A stretch of 64,000 nucleotides of DNA, taken from Methanocellales archaeon. GTDB lineage: Archaea; Halobacteriota; UBA148. Positions 32,658-47,564 of the stretch are shown here, in pieces. A program made the translations under genes and the position numbers. Each line of letters begins with the position of its first letter. The first letter of the stretch is position 1. The DNA lies in assembly GCA_028715985.1 (NCBI GenBank), contig JAQUQR010000004.1, forward strand, positions 73,223-137,222, given 5' to 3'. The notes under the pieces were generated by a model. The model made no database searches. It worked only from the letters and a program-made list of their open reading frames with translations, and was not told the DNA's origin.

Positions 32658-33506
32658 ATGAAAACGCATACTATACCTGTCCATAATTTCGATCTCGATC
32701 ATACGTTGCGATGTGGTCAGGTTTTTAGATGGAGAGATGATAAAGACAACTGGATTGGTATAGTAGGCAATTCAGTAATCAAGGCGAAACAGGCAGGGAA
32801 TCGTTTAATCGTAGAATCCGATCTCGATATTGGCCATGTCACGAGCTACTTTAGGCTTAATGATGATTTGGATGGCATCTATCAATGCATAAACAAGGAT
32901 GCGATGATGAACGAGGCCATCGCTATGTACCGGGGCATGCGAATAATCAAACAAGACCCATGGGAATGTCTCATCTCTTACATCTGCTCAAGACAAAATC
33001 GAATTGAAAAAATTGAGAGAACCGTTTTCCATCTCTCCAAAAATTTTGGAGATGAAATCCATTTTGACAATAAAATTTTTTATACCTTTCCCAAGCCAGA
33101 TGAGCTTGCAAAAGCAAGTTTAGATGATTTGAGAAAGTGTCAATTTCGTTTTGGGGATAAGCAAGCAGAGGAGATCAAAGGAATAGCTCAACTGGTATCT
33201 GAAGGCGGTTTTTGTCTGGAACGATTAAGAGAACTCGATTATGAAAGCGCTAAGGAAGAGCTGATGTCACTGGAAGGAGTGGGGCATAAAGTTGCAGATT
33301 GCGTTCTTTTATTTTCTTTAGATGAGCTCGAGGCCTTCCCGGTAGATGTTCATGTAAGGAGAATTGTACAGCGCGATTACTTCAGAAATAACAAAATATC
33401 GGATAAAAAACTCAGGGAATGGGCAGGGCGATATTTTGGCAAGTATGCTGGCTATGCGCAGCAGTACCTGTTCTACTACGAACGCACCAAGGAGATGCAA
33501 AGATGA
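32658..33506 (+). CDS. ogg: 8-oxoguanine DNA glycosylase / DNA lyase (HhH-GPD, Ogg family)
   Basis: It has the helix-hairpin-helix motif LMSLEGVGHKVADCVLLF followed by D (GPD). Confidence 0.75.
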   Translation: MKTHTIPVHNFDLDHTLRCGQVFRWRDDKDNWIGIVGNSVIKAKQAGNRLIVESDLDIGHVTSYFRLNDDLDGIYQCINKDAMMNEAIAMYRGMRIIKQDPWECLISYICSRQNRIEKIERTVFHLSKNFGDEIHFDNKIFYTFPKPDELAKASLDDLRKCQFRFGDKQAEEIKGIAQLVSEGGFCLERLRELDYESAKEELMSLEGVGHKVADCVLLFSLDELEAFPVDVHVRRIVQRDYFRNNKISDKKLREWAGRYFGKYAGYAQQYLFYYERTKEMQR

Positions 33507-34141
33507 AATCCAGACCATTCGTATTCATTAATGCAGCGATGAGCGCAGACGGAAAGATTTCCACATATGGGCGCAGTCAAGTAAAAATATCGGGCTATGC
33601 TGATATGAAGCGGGTTGATGGGCTTAGGGCGGGCTCGGATGCCATAATGGTGGGCATAGGCACGGTTTTGGCCGACAACCCCGGTTTGACCGTGAAGTCA
33701 GGAGAGAAGAATCCGATTCGAATAGTTGTGGACAGCATGGCGAGGACGCCCGTAGATGCTGAGGTCATCTCCAGAAAAGGCGGTCCAACGATCATTGCCA
33801 TGTCCAAATCTGCGCCCTCTGAAAGAGTAGCAGCGCTGAGGGAAAAAGCAGAAATCATCGCTATGGGTGATAAGCATGTCTCCTTGTCTGAGTTACTTGC
33901 GGAATTGAAGAACCGCGGCATTGAACGGCTGATGGTCGAGGGTGGCGCAACGCTTAATTGGAGCCTGATCTCCGAGGGGCTGGTAGATGAAATCTATGTC
34001 TACATAGGGAACATGGTCATCGGCGGCAAGACTGCACCCACGCTTGTGGATGGAGTTGGCTTAAGAGAGCCGATGAAACTGGAGCTGTTAAGCGTTGAGA
34101 GGATGGATGAGGGCGTTTTGGTCAAATGGCGCTTGATTTGA
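33503..34141 (+). CDS. 2,5-diamino-6-ribosylamino-pyrimidinone 5'-phosphate reductase (RibD C-terminal-like reductase, archaeal riboflavin pathway)
   Basis: It has FVFINAAMSADGKIST...MVGIGTVLADNP...RLMVEGGATLNWSL. ATG 33503 overlaps the ogg stop in an ATGA overlap. Confidence 0.75.
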   Translation: MKSRPFVFINAAMSADGKISTYGRSQVKISGYADMKRVDGLRAGSDAIMVGIGTVLADNPGLTVKSGEKNPIRIVVDSMARTPVDAEVISRKGGPTIIAMSKSAPSERVAALREKAEIIAMGDKHVSLSELLAELKNRGIERLMVEGGATLNWSLISEGLVDEIYVYIGNMVIGGKTAPTLVDGVGLREPMKLELLSVERMDEGVLVKWRLI

Positions 34142-34280
34142 ATAGGGTGGAATAAGAGCGCTTGTGGGGAGAGTTGCCAAAAAATAAATAGTTAGGATAT
34201 AATATCAATTTGTAGCTGTAGCAATATATAAATTAAGTTTGGATGGGGGAGTTGTCTGCCATTGCATGGGTGAGAACTAA

Positions 34281-34838
34281 ATGAATCCAATATCAGAAAA
34301 TCAAAAAACCGAAATCATTAGCTTAATGCGGGAAGGTAAATTAAACAGAGAACAGATTGCTGTGAAAGTCGGAGTATCTCCAGGGACGGTTAGTGCAATA
34401 AAAGCTCATTTGACAATGGGAACTTATGCTGAACCTTCTGAGGCTGAAGAAGTCATCGATGCTATGGAAACAACTTTTGGACTTGAACGTGATCTCCAAA
34501 TAGCCCTACGTTCTAACATTCAACAGCTTGAGCAAGGACTCAAGATCATTGATGAAGGAAAGGAACTAACAACTGAAGCAGGTAGAATTGATATTACAGC
34601 CGAAGACCAGCAAGGTGCAATTGTAGTCATAGAACTGAAAGCAGGTTCTGCTAATCCGGATTGTGTTGCTCAAATACTGTCCTATATGGGTGCTCTTAGA
34701 GAAAAGGAACAAAGGCCTATCCGTGGCATTTTGGTGGCGGGGGATTTTCCACCGCGTGTAGTCTTTGCAGCTCGCGCAGTACCTAACCTTCAATTAAGGA
34801 AATACACTTTTAGGTTTTCATTTGAGGAAGTTAAATGA
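34281..34838 (+). CDS. NucS/DUF91-like PD-(D/E)xK nuclease domain protein with an N-terminal HTH
   Basis: The C-terminal ERDLQIALRSNIQQLEQGLKII...GRIDITAEDQQGAIVVIELKAG matches the NucS C-terminal RecB-like nuclease pattern. The N-terminal REQIAVKVGVSPGTVSAIK is HTH-like. Confidence 0.6.
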   Translation: MNPISENQKTEIISLMREGKLNREQIAVKVGVSPGTVSAIKAHLTMGTYAEPSEAEEVIDAMETTFGLERDLQIALRSNIQQLEQGLKIIDEGKELTTEAGRIDITAEDQQGAIVVIELKAGSANPDCVAQILSYMGALREKEQRPIRGILVAGDFPPRVVFAARAVPNLQLRKYTFRFSFEEVK

Positions 34839-34943
34839 GGAACAAATTGGCAATGGCAGATAACAAGCGAGTATGCGATTCGCTATTGCTTGCCCCAATC
34901 CTCTTCATAAATTCATAAATGAATATCAGAGGAATATGAAAAC

Positions 34944-35756
34944 ATGCTAGACTTTTTACAGAACCTTCATCCTGTTATACAGGCTCTTCTTGCAACATCT
35001 TTTACGTGGTCATTGACCGCTCTCGGAGCAGCCACGGTATTTATGGCTAAAGATGTGAGCAAGAAGGTGCTCGACGGGATGCTTGGTTTTGCTGGCGGAG
35101 TCATGGTCGCTGCAAGTTATTGGTCTTTGCTAGCTCCTGCTATTGAGATGTCAACTGGCAAAGATATTCCCGTTTGGTTTCCTGCTGTGGCAGGTTTTCT
35201 CCTCGGTGGCATTTTCTTGCGGGGGATTGATAACATCCTCCCCCATCTTCACATCGGCTTTCCGATCGAGGAAGCCGAAGGAATCAAGACGACTTGGCAG
35301 CGTAGTACCCTGCTTATCCTTGCCATCACTTTGCACAACATCCCAGAAGGTCTTGCGGTTGGCGTTGCCTTTGGAGCTGTTGCCGCCGGTTTTCCCGCTG
35401 CCACTTTAGCGGCAGCCATAGCCTTGGCAATCGGCATCGGCATACAAAATTTTCCAGAAGGGCTTGCAGTCTCCATGCCTCTTCGACGTGAGGGGATGTC
35501 TCGTTTGAAAAGTTTCTGGTATGGCCAGTTATCCGCAATAGTTGAGCCGATTGCTGGTGTCATTGGAGCTGCAGCCGTTATTCTTGCACAGCCCATCTTG
35601 CCATACGCTTTGAGTTTTGCCGCGGGTGCTATGATTTTTGTCGTAGTCGAGGAAATAATCCCAGAGTCTCAGCGTGGCGGCAATACGGATTTAGCCACCA
35701 TGGGTGCAATGATGGGTTTTGCGGTAATGATGGTGCTTGATGTAGCATTTGGTTAG
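34944..35756 (+). CDS. zupT: ZIP-family metal (zinc) transporter ZupT
   Basis: It has multiple TM helices. It has the [10 protein letters not shown] and FPEGLAVS signatures. Confidence 0.85.
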   Translation: MLDFLQNLHPVIQALLATSFTWSLTALGAATVFMAKDVSKKVLDGMLGFAGGVMVAASYWSLLAPAIEMSTGKDIPVWFPAVAGFLLGGIFLRGIDNILPHLHIGFPIEEAEGIKTTWQRSTLLILAITLHNIPEGLAVGVAFGAVAAGFPAATLAAAIALAIGIGIQNFPEGLAVSMPLRREGMSRLKSFWYGQLSAIVEPIAGVIGAAAVILAQPILPYALSFAAGAMIFVVVEEIIPESQRGGNTDLATMGAMMGFAVMMVLDVAFG

Positions 35757-35948
35757 AAGGCGATCAATTAGCGACTTTATCTTGTATCAAAATACCTATA
35801 CAAAATGGTTCTGATAACTCTTAGGGGTTTTCATTTTGTTTTTCTCCTTTGATTACTTTCGGGGTTTGCCTTTCTATTCGGCTTTGTTGCATCTTGGTGG
35901 GATGAGGTTCAGGTTTTTGTCGGTGTTGCAAATGGTGGAGCGCCTTTC

Positions 35949-36566
35949 TTACTCCTTGACTTCTTGGACTTGAAAAGTATGACGAAAGATGTACTCTCTA
36001 GTAGATGGAGTGTACATATCTACGAGATGGGGTAAGTCGCCCTGATGGATATGAGCAAGAATTGCGATATCCACTATCAACTCTGATGCATCTTTTACTC
36101 GGCACCAGAAAGTTGCTAATCCAACATGCTTATCTGAATCTCCTATGATCTGTTGCCTCGCAACCAAATGCGGTGGGGCATTTGTACGTGGAGGGATCGT
36201 GTCTCCAGTAAGCAGAACTGGTAGACATCCACTAGACTCGATTCCTCCTTTCTGTTCATATGGAATAATGACCCAGACGCTATCCACCACAACTCTTTGC
36301 TTGTTCTTGGCATGGATTGCAATCTGGATGTTTCCTCCCCTCCTTGGGATGGTATCTGGTGAACCATCGCAGTGAACAAAGATATACAAATCGGGTCTAT
36401 AGCGAAATCTGTTTATGAAGTAGGGCAATATGACTAAAATGCTCAGAATAGTTGAGAAGCCAGTTAGAATCGACCACATTGCAGGTAGTAAATTGAAATA
36501 CCATAATGAAATGAACATGATTAAAACGATTATAATGATTATAATGGAACGTTCTCTCATACACAT
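35949..36566 (-). CDS. Hypothetical membrane-anchored protein
   Basis: It is a 205-aa ORF with two N-terminal TM helices and no recognisable motifs. Confidence 0.35.
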   Translation of the reverse strand: MCMRERSIIIIIIVLIMFISLWYFNLLPAMWSILTGFSTILSILVILPYFINRFRYRPDLYIFVHCDGSPDTIPRRGGNIQIAIHAKNKQRVVVDSVWVIIPYEQKGGIESSGCLPVLLTGDTIPPRTNAPPHLVARQQIIGDSDKHVGLATFWCRVKDASELIVDIAILAHIHQGDLPHLVDMYTPSTREYIFRHTFQVQEVKE

Positions 36567-36710
36567 GATTATTGAGCAGTTCTCTCTTTAAATTTACCCG
36601 ATAGTTATCAGGGAGGTCACCTAGCAGAAACCTCCCGAAGAGTTATCAGAACCTAACAAACCGAAAAACTTTTATTTTTAAAGTATCCAAAAAAATAAGG
36701 GTGTGAAAAT

Positions 36711-37262
36711 ATGGCTAAAGTGGCACGGGAAATGGTTGAGAAATCAGGAGTAAATGTTGATGAATTGTTGGAGCTTTTGGTCAAGAACGCAGCTGCGGAG
36801 CTCACGACTTACTACTACTATACCATACTTCGGTGCAACCTGATTGGGCTGGAGGGAGAAGGTATAAAGGAGATTGCGGAGACCGCTCGCATTGAAGACA
36901 GGAATCACTTCGAAGCTATTGTGCCCCGCATTTACGAGCTTGGGGGCAAACTGCCAGATGACATGAAAGAGTTCCACGATATGTCTGCATGTCCGCCAGC
37001 GTCTCTCCCCGCGGATCCAACGGATGTTATTGAGATACTTAAGGTGCTTGTGGCAGCTGAGCGTTGTGCAGTCAGAGGTTATACACACATCTGTAATCTT
37101 ACGGCAGGCAAGGATCATCGTACCTATGCCCTGTCTCAGGCGATTCTAAACGAAGAAATTGAGCACGAGTCTTGGTTCTCTGAATTCTTGGGCGAAGGAC
37201 CTTCTGGGCATTTCCTGCGCAGAGGTGAGACCTCCCCTTTTGTATCCAAGTTCCTGAAATAG
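36711..37262 (+). CDS. Ferritin-like diiron-carboxylate protein (Bfr/DpsL-like), paralog 1
   Basis: It has the four-helix ferritin-like pattern. The second ExxH is EEIEHE. The first site reads IEDRNH (variant). Confidence 0.65.
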   Translation: MAKVAREMVEKSGVNVDELLELLVKNAAAELTTYYYYTILRCNLIGLEGEGIKEIAETARIEDRNHFEAIVPRIYELGGKLPDDMKEFHDMSACPPASLPADPTDVIEILKVLVAAERCAVRGYTHICNLTAGKDHRTYALSQAILNEEIEHESWFSEFLGEGPSGHFLRRGETSPFVSKFLK

Positions 37263-37410
37263 ATTTAGAATTGGGGGTCTAAAGTTTTTAAAGACCTCTT
37301 TTCTTAAGATAAGACGGATCTTAAAAATTCGCTAGATGCGAGGCAAAGTGAGGAAATAGCTTGTCCATCATGGAAAACTTTTAAGAGTTGGAAATTATAC
37401 GTAAAAACAG

Positions 37411-37914
37411 GTGGTAAAAATGGGAATGAAAGGAAAGGAAATAGTGCAAACCGATGTAAAAAAGTTAATAGAGCTGTTAAATAAGGCTTATGCCGATGAG
37501 TGGCTGGCATACTACCAATATTGGGTGGCTGCACAAATAGTGAGGGGAAACATGAAAGGTGCAGTGACCTCAGAGCTTGTAGAACATGCCGCAGAAGAAC
37601 TAGAGCATGCGGAAAAGCTCTCAGAGCGTATAATGCAATTGGGTGGAACACCCATAACAGATATGACTGAATTAAACGAAAGAGCAAATTGTAAATATGT
37701 GGACCCTTCGGATCCTGACTCCAGGGCCATCTTAAAACTGGCAATAGAAGGTGAGAGATGCGCCATCGATGTTTACACAAAGCTCTTGGCCATCGTCAAA
37801 GACAAAGACCCTGTAACCTACCACATTATCTTGGACATTCTCAAGGACGAAGTAGAACACGAGGATGACTTTGAGACGGTATTGGAAGATATAAAACGAG
37901 GTGGAAAAGAATAG
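37411..37914 (+). CDS. Ferritin-like diiron-carboxylate protein (Bfr/DpsL-like), paralog 2
   Basis: It has two ExxH motifs (EELEHAE, DEVEHED) and a bacterioferritin-like helical layout. Confidence 0.7.
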   Translation: MVKMGMKGKEIVQTDVKKLIELLNKAYADEWLAYYQYWVAAQIVRGNMKGAVTSELVEHAAEELEHAEKLSERIMQLGGTPITDMTELNERANCKYVDPSDPDSRAILKLAIEGERCAIDVYTKLLAIVKDKDPVTYHIILDILKDEVEHEDDFETVLEDIKRGGKE

Positions 37915-37971
37915 CAAATTAACAGTCTCTTTTCTTTTTTCCAGCCATAAGGTACGTGCTTGGGATGTTAC

Positions 37972-38208
37972 ATGAGAAATTTCACCAGGAAAGAACTGGT
38001 CCAGTACAATGGCAAAAATAAGGCTCCAGCACTAATAGCCTACAAAGGGAAGGTGTATGATGTATCTTGTAGTTTTCTGTGGAAGGGTGGGACTCATCAG
38101 GTTACCCATAACGCTGGAGAAGATTTGACAGACGGTCTTGAGAAAGCCCCACATGATGCAGATCTGCTCAACAATTTTCCAGTCGTTGGAACGATGCATG
38201 AAGATTAA
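37972..38208 (+). CDS. Cytochrome b5-like heme/steroid-binding domain protein
   Basis: It has ELVQYNGKNKAPALIAYKGKVYDVS...WKGGTHQ. The ORF track starts at 37960. The start used here is M5. Confidence 0.55.
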   Translation: MRNFTRKELVQYNGKNKAPALIAYKGKVYDVSCSFLWKGGTHQVTHNAGEDLTDGLEKAPHDADLLNNFPVVGTMHED

Positions 38209-38356
38209 TTGAAGTATTTTGCTCATACCCGACTTCTTTCTGGACTTTCTCGGCTAGGTAAGACTTTAACAACATGATCCATCCATGAACAATCCAGCCA
38301 AAACTTTATAAGCTACTATGGCATAGCTAGCCATGCAACATAGAGGTGTGTAAATT

Positions 38357-38572
38357 TTGTATAGAAAAGAGCCAAGTGCCCCCGTAGCAGAGGGGGAAAC
38401 GTACGATGTAAAGATAGAGGACATAGCTAGGGAAGGAGACGGAATCGCTCGAATTGAGGGATTTGTGGTATTCGTTCCATCTACCAAGTTGGGCGATGAG
38501 GTTAAGATAAAAATTAACAAGGTAATGCGTAGGTTCGCTACAGCCGAATTGGTATCAGACAAAGCGGAATAA
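38357..38572 (+). CDS. TRAM-domain protein
   Basis: It is 71 aa with [44 protein letters not shown]. Confidence 0.65.
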   Translation: MYRKEPSAPVAEGETYDVKIEDIAREGDGIARIEGFVVFVPSTKLGDEVKIKINKVMRRFATAELVSDKAE

Positions 38573-39101
38573 TCCCTCTTTTTCAGTCCGGCGGTATCTC
38601 ATTTTTAGGTGCGATTGAATTAGCTAGCGATACTATATAAATCCCCAATGTAACCCTTGGTATCGTAGCCTTTCATAGGAATATTGCATCGACATCGCCT
38701 TACAGTTATTTTCAGCCCTGCATCCTCAGTATTAGTTGAGGAGTCCCAGTTTAACCTCTCTATAAATTTTTGTTTTACTGCCATTGATGTTGGTGCACTG
38801 CATCGTCGAGTTCTGCATCAGTTATCCAGGTAGAACTAAGATGTAATCACAGGGACCCAGCTCGTTCAGTTGCATGGTCGCTCAGCTCAACATGAGAGCC
38901 ATCGAAAAGATTATAACGTATACGAGTAAATAATATTACCCCAAAAGTCTCAGAAAAGTTTAAATTATAGGACTGCATTGCTATAGCGACATATCCTGGC
39001 GACTTCTACTAATGGTGAGCGTTTGTTGGTAGCTATAATATATAATACGTTTAAACGTCGTACATCCGTGCTTGAGCGGAAGCTCCATACGGTCTTGAAA
39101 A

Positions 39102-39268
39102 GGGCTCGTAGCTCAGCTAGGAAGAGCGCCTGGCTTTTAACCAAACTTTTAGTAGAGATGAACTCTAATCAAAACATGCTGTCTTATTCGCTGGCATTTT
39201 ATGGTAGACGGATCTTGAAAATTCTGGAAGAAACCAGGTGGTCGGGGGTTCAAGTCCCTCCGAGCCCG
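39102..39268 (+). tRNA. tRNA-Lys(UUU) with a 93-nt intron in the anticodon arm (exons about 39102-39140 and 39234-39268)
   Basis: The acceptor GGGCUCG pairs with CGAGCCC and the discriminator is G. The D-arm is GCUC-AGCUAGGAA-GAGC. The anticodon stem CCUGG pairs with CCAGG and flanks the loop CUUUUAA. The T-arm is GGGGG-UUCAAGU-CCCUC. Confidence 0.7.
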
Positions 39269-39297
39269 TTAAAATCATTCAACGTGGAGGAAATTAT

Positions 39298-39537
39298 TTG
39301 AAAGAATTTAGCGTTCTCAACCATAATATGGTTCCCGAACATATATTGCTGACCGAAGATGAAGTAAAAGCATTATTGGAGAAGTATCACATAACCAAGG
39401 GACAATTACCCAAGATCAAGACGTCTGATCCTGCTTGTAAGGAAATAAATGCAAAGGCAGGCGATATCCTCAAAGTAGTTAGGGATAGCTTGATTGCGGG
39501 CAAAGCGTTATCATATCGATTGGTGATCGAGGGATGA
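39298..39537 (+). CDS. rpoH: DNA-directed RNA polymerase subunit H (Rpb5 homolog)
   Basis: It has [29 protein letters not shown] start at 39298 preceded by GGAGG gives an N-terminus [15 protein letters not shown] typical of RpoH. The ORF track extends upstream over the tRNA. Confidence 0.8.
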   Translation: MKEFSVLNHNMVPEHILLTEDEVKALLEKYHITKGQLPKIKTSDPACKEINAKAGDILKVVRDSLIAGKALSYRLVIEG

Positions 39538-39538
39538 G

Positions 39539-42500
39539 ATGTTAGATCGAAGAGTTTTATCCAAAGCCTATTTTACCAATAAAAAAATTGCTCAGCACCA
39601 TATAGATTCTTTTAACGATTTTGTCGATAACGGTCTCCAGAAAATTATGGGTGAGCAAGATATAATCGAAACTGACATTGAGGAAGTCGACAGCAGGGGC
39701 AAATATAGGGTATATGTCAAGATCGGCAAGATCAGGGTTGGAACGCCAAAAGTCAGAGAAGCAGACGGCTCCTATGAGAAGTTATTTCCAACAGAAGCGA
39801 GACTTAGAAATCTTACCTATGCAGCACCCATCTATCTGAAAATGTCTATAGTTAAGAACTATTATGAGATCGGGGAGCTAGAGGATGCGGAAGAGGCCGA
39901 GGCAGAAATTGGTGAGCTTCCGATAATGTTGGGGTCAAAAAATTGTAATCTGAATGGGCTCACACAGGAACAAATGATAATGGTGGGCGAAGACCCTCAG
40001 GATCCCGGTGGTTACTTTATCATCAATGGTACCGAACGCGTGTTGATGACTTTGGAGGACCTGGCACCAAACAAAATTCTCGTCGAATTTGATGAACGCT
40101 ACGGCGATAAAATAGAGGTTGCAAAGGTTTTCTCTCAACGAAGAGGGTATCGTGCCTTAGTTATCGTAGAGCGAGGGCGCGACTCCATCCTTGGGGTATC
40201 CTTCCCATCCATCTCGGGCCGAATTAATTTTGTCACCTTAATGAGATCGCTTGGTTTAGAGACAGACCAGGAGATAGTGAATGCTGTTTCAGGAGATCCA
40301 GAAATTGTGAAATTCATGCTGGAGAACCTGGAGGAAGCAGAAATCGACAGCGTGGAAGAAGCTATGGAAAAACTCGGAAAACGAGTTGCAGCAGGTCAGG
40401 CCAGAGAATACCAGCAAAAGCGAGCTAATTATGTCATCGATAGGTATTTGCTCCCCCATTTGGGCAATGATGCAGGGAGTAGGCTTGCAAAAGCACATTT
40501 CCTTGGTCGAATGGCGGAATCGTGCTTTGAATTAACTCTTGGACGCCGGGGGGTGGATGACAAGGATCACTACTCTAACAAACGGCTGAAACTTGCCGGA
40601 GACTTAATGGAGGACTTATTCCGCGTTTCATTTAGTCGTCTCACCAGGGACATTAAATACCAGATTGAGCGGGCAAATATGAGAAATCGGGAACTTCGCA
40701 TTTTAACCGTGGTAAGGGCGGATGTTCTGACGGAACGTTTGATGCATCCCCTAGCTACGGGCAACTGGGTTGGTGGTCGCACAGGGGTCTCTCAGTTGCT
40801 TGATAGAACGGATTACATGGCTATGTTGTCCCATCTACGTCGTGTTATATCCCCCTTATCAAGGGCACAACCCCACTTTGAAGCTCGTGATTTGCATCCG
40901 ACACAGTGGGGCAGGATTTGTCCTTCAGAGACGCCTGAGGGTCCTAACTGCGGCTTGGTCAAGAACTTTGCTCAGCTGGTGGAACTGTCAACTGGTGTGG
41001 AGGACGATTTTAAAGCAACTCTATCTAAACTTGGATTGCAACCCATAAGCAGTGATCATGGGGCCAGAGTATTTGTAAATGGGAACCTGGTTGGGACACA
41101 CAGTGATCCAACCGCATTGGTAAAGGAAATCAGAGCAAAAAGAAGGCAGGGCACCATATCCAATCAAGTAAACGTTACATATCATGATAGAACCCATGAG
41201 GTTATCATAAGTTCAGACATTGGTCGGGCCAGGCGCCCTCTAATAGTCATCGAGGAGGGCAGACCATTGGTAACCGAGGATCACATTCAATTGCTGAAAG
41301 ATGGCACGATGACATTTGATGACTTGGTTATGCAAGGCTTAATAGAATATCTTGACCCTGAGGAAGAAGAAAATACTTTGATCGCTATAAGCGAGGAAGA
41401 ACTTACTGCAGAGCACACTCATCTGGAGATAGATCCCTCCCTGATTTTGGGGATATGCGCGGGAATGATCCCGTATCCAGAGCACAATGCCTCGCCACGT
41501 AATACCATTGGCGCTGGCATGGTTAAACAGTCACTTGGTATGCCTGCAGCGAACATGAAGCTCAGGCCGGACACAAGGGCATATATGCTGCATTACCCTC
41601 AGCTTGCGATCGTTAAAACTCAAACATCAGATGCCCTCGGTTTCGATGAGAGGCTTGCTGGTCAGAACTTCGTTGTGGCAGTACTATCCTATGAGGGATA
41701 TAATGTTGAGGATGCACTCATCATCAACAAAGGCTCTATAGAGAGAGGGTTGGGGAGAAGTCATTTCTTTAGAACATATGAAGGTGAAGAGCGGCGTTAT
41801 CCTGGTGGTCAGGAGGATAAATTTGAAGTCCCCGACCCTGAAATTCGAGGGGCTAGGGGAAGCGAGGTTTACGCTCACTTAGATGAAGATGGTTTGGTCG
41901 ATCCGGAAATCATGGTCCATCCGAACCATGCTCTAATAGGGAAGACCAGTCCTTCTAGGTTCTTAGAGGAGCCGACTGAGCTTGGTCTGAGTCCGCAGAA
42001 GAGGAGAGATGCATCTATCACCATGAGATCCAATGAAAGAGGAGTTGTGGATACCGTTATTTTAACTGAGACCGAGAATGGCTCACGATTGGCAAAGGTC
42101 AAGATCAGGAACCAAATGATTCCTGAGTTAGGAGATAAATTTGCATCCAGGCACGGGCAAAAAGGAGTCATAGGCCTCATCGCATCTCAGGAGGACATGC
42201 CGTTTACAGAGCAGGGTGTAGTTCCAGATTTGATAATCAATCCGCATGCTATCCCCTCGAGAATGACCATTGGGCACGTGCTTGAGATGATCGGAGGTAA
42301 GGTGGGCTCTTTGGAGGGAAGGCGCATCGACGCCACTGCTTTCTCTGGTGAAACTGAGGATGACTTACGCTCTGCGCTAAAGCAATTTGGTTTATCTCAT
42401 ACAGGGAAGGAAGTCATGTATGATGGAATCACGGGAGAGCCTATACAAGCTGATGTGTTTGTTGGAGTGATTCTGTACCAGAAGTTATATCACATGGTTG

Positions 42501-42867
42501 CAAGCAAACTGCACGCCCGCTCGAGGGGGCCTGTACAAGTTCTTACCAGGCAGCCCACCGAGGGAAGAGCCAGAGAAGGCGGTCTCAGATTTGGTGAGAT
42601 GGAGAGAGATGTCCTTATTGGGCATGGTGCAGCAATGGCTTTAAAGGAAAGATTACTCGATGAGTCAGATAAAGTAGTCGAGTTAGTGTGCAGTCACTGT
42701 GGCATGGTCGCTACCTATGATAAGCGTCGAAAAGCATCCTATTGTCAGAATTGTGGTGCCGATACAGATATATACCCCATAGAGATGAGTTATGCATTCA
42801 AATTATTGCTTGATGAGATGAAATCTCTCGGAATTGCCCCCAGGTTAGAGTTGGAGGATGCGGTATA

Positions 42868-42868
<1 letters not shown>
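39539..42868 (+). CDS. rpoB: DNA-directed RNA polymerase subunit B, unsplit (1109 aa)
   Basis: It has [38 protein letters not shown] and a C-terminal zinc site CSHCG...CQNCG. Confidence 0.95.
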
Positions 42869-46829
<3,961 letters not shown>

Positions 46830-46835
46830 TAGAAT

Positions 46836-47117
46836 ATGAATATGGGTCGAGCACTTCAAGTCGTGGTAAAGACAGGCAAAGTCCTCATGGGTTCAAATGA
46901 GACCTTAGAAGCTGTTAAAAAGGGCACGGCAAAATTGGTGGTCCTTGCCTCAAACTGTCCAGCCCATGTAAGAGCAGAGATCGAAACTAAAGTTAAAACA
47001 TTGGATTATCCTGATACAAGCGCTGATTTGGGGGCAACATGTGGTAAACCATATGCAGTAGCAGCACTTGCAGTGATAGATGTTGGGGAATCGGATATCT
47101 TGGCGGTGTTCAGATGA
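46836..47117 (+). CDS. rpl30e: Ribosomal protein L30e
   Basis: It is 93 aa with LQVVVKTGKVLMGSNETLEAVKKGTAKLVVLASNCP. Confidence 0.9.
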   Translation: MNMGRALQVVVKTGKVLMGSNETLEAVKKGTAKLVVLASNCPAHVRAEIETKVKTLDYPDTSADLGATCGKPYAVAALAVIDVGESDILAVFR

Positions 47118-47542
47118 ACGTTAAGATAACCTCGGAAGGTATACGTTATATAGCGCTATTTGAGAGTTTGACCGGTGCCGCTGTAAGAGATTGCATCGTT
47201 GATGACGAAAACGATCGCGTCATATTCGTGGTCAAAAAGGGTGACATGGGCATAGCTATCGGCAAGAACGGCAGTAACATAAATAGGGTAAAAAAATCAA
47301 TAGGAAAGCACATCGAAATTGTCGAATACTCAGATGACGCTTGCGAATTCATTGCGAACATATTTCAACCGGCAATGATCAAAAAAGTGGACATATTGAG
47401 CAAAGAATCTAAGCGATTAGCTTATGTGTCAGTAGTGTCTAAGGACAAAGGGCTTGCAATTGGGCGTGATGGGAGAAACATACAAAAGGCAAAAATTTTG
47501 GCCCAAAGGCACCATAGCTTAGATGATGTAATAATAACATAG
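47114..47542 (+). CDS. nusA: Archaeal NusA-like transcription factor (KH domains)
   Basis: It has KH motifs IGKNGSNINRVKK and IGRDGRNIQKAK. Its position after L30e is the conserved one. Confidence 0.85.
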   Translation: MNVKITSEGIRYIALFESLTGAAVRDCIVDDENDRVIFVVKKGDMGIAIGKNGSNINRVKKSIGKHIEIVEYSDDACEFIANIFQPAMIKKVDILSKESKRLAYVSVVSKDKGLAIGRDGRNIQKAKILAQRHHSLDDVIIT

Positions 47543-47564
47543 AATAGGTTGAAAAAGGTATACA

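Noticed and set aside
39141-39233. Possible box C/D guide RNA inside the tRNA intron
   Set aside because: No RUGAUGA or CUGA boxes were found in the 93-nt intron.
39023-39301. 92-aa ORF and the upstream extension of the rpoH ORF (39238..)
   Set aside because: They overlap the intron-containing tRNA-Lys. RpoH more plausibly starts at TTG 39298 after a GGAGG RBS.
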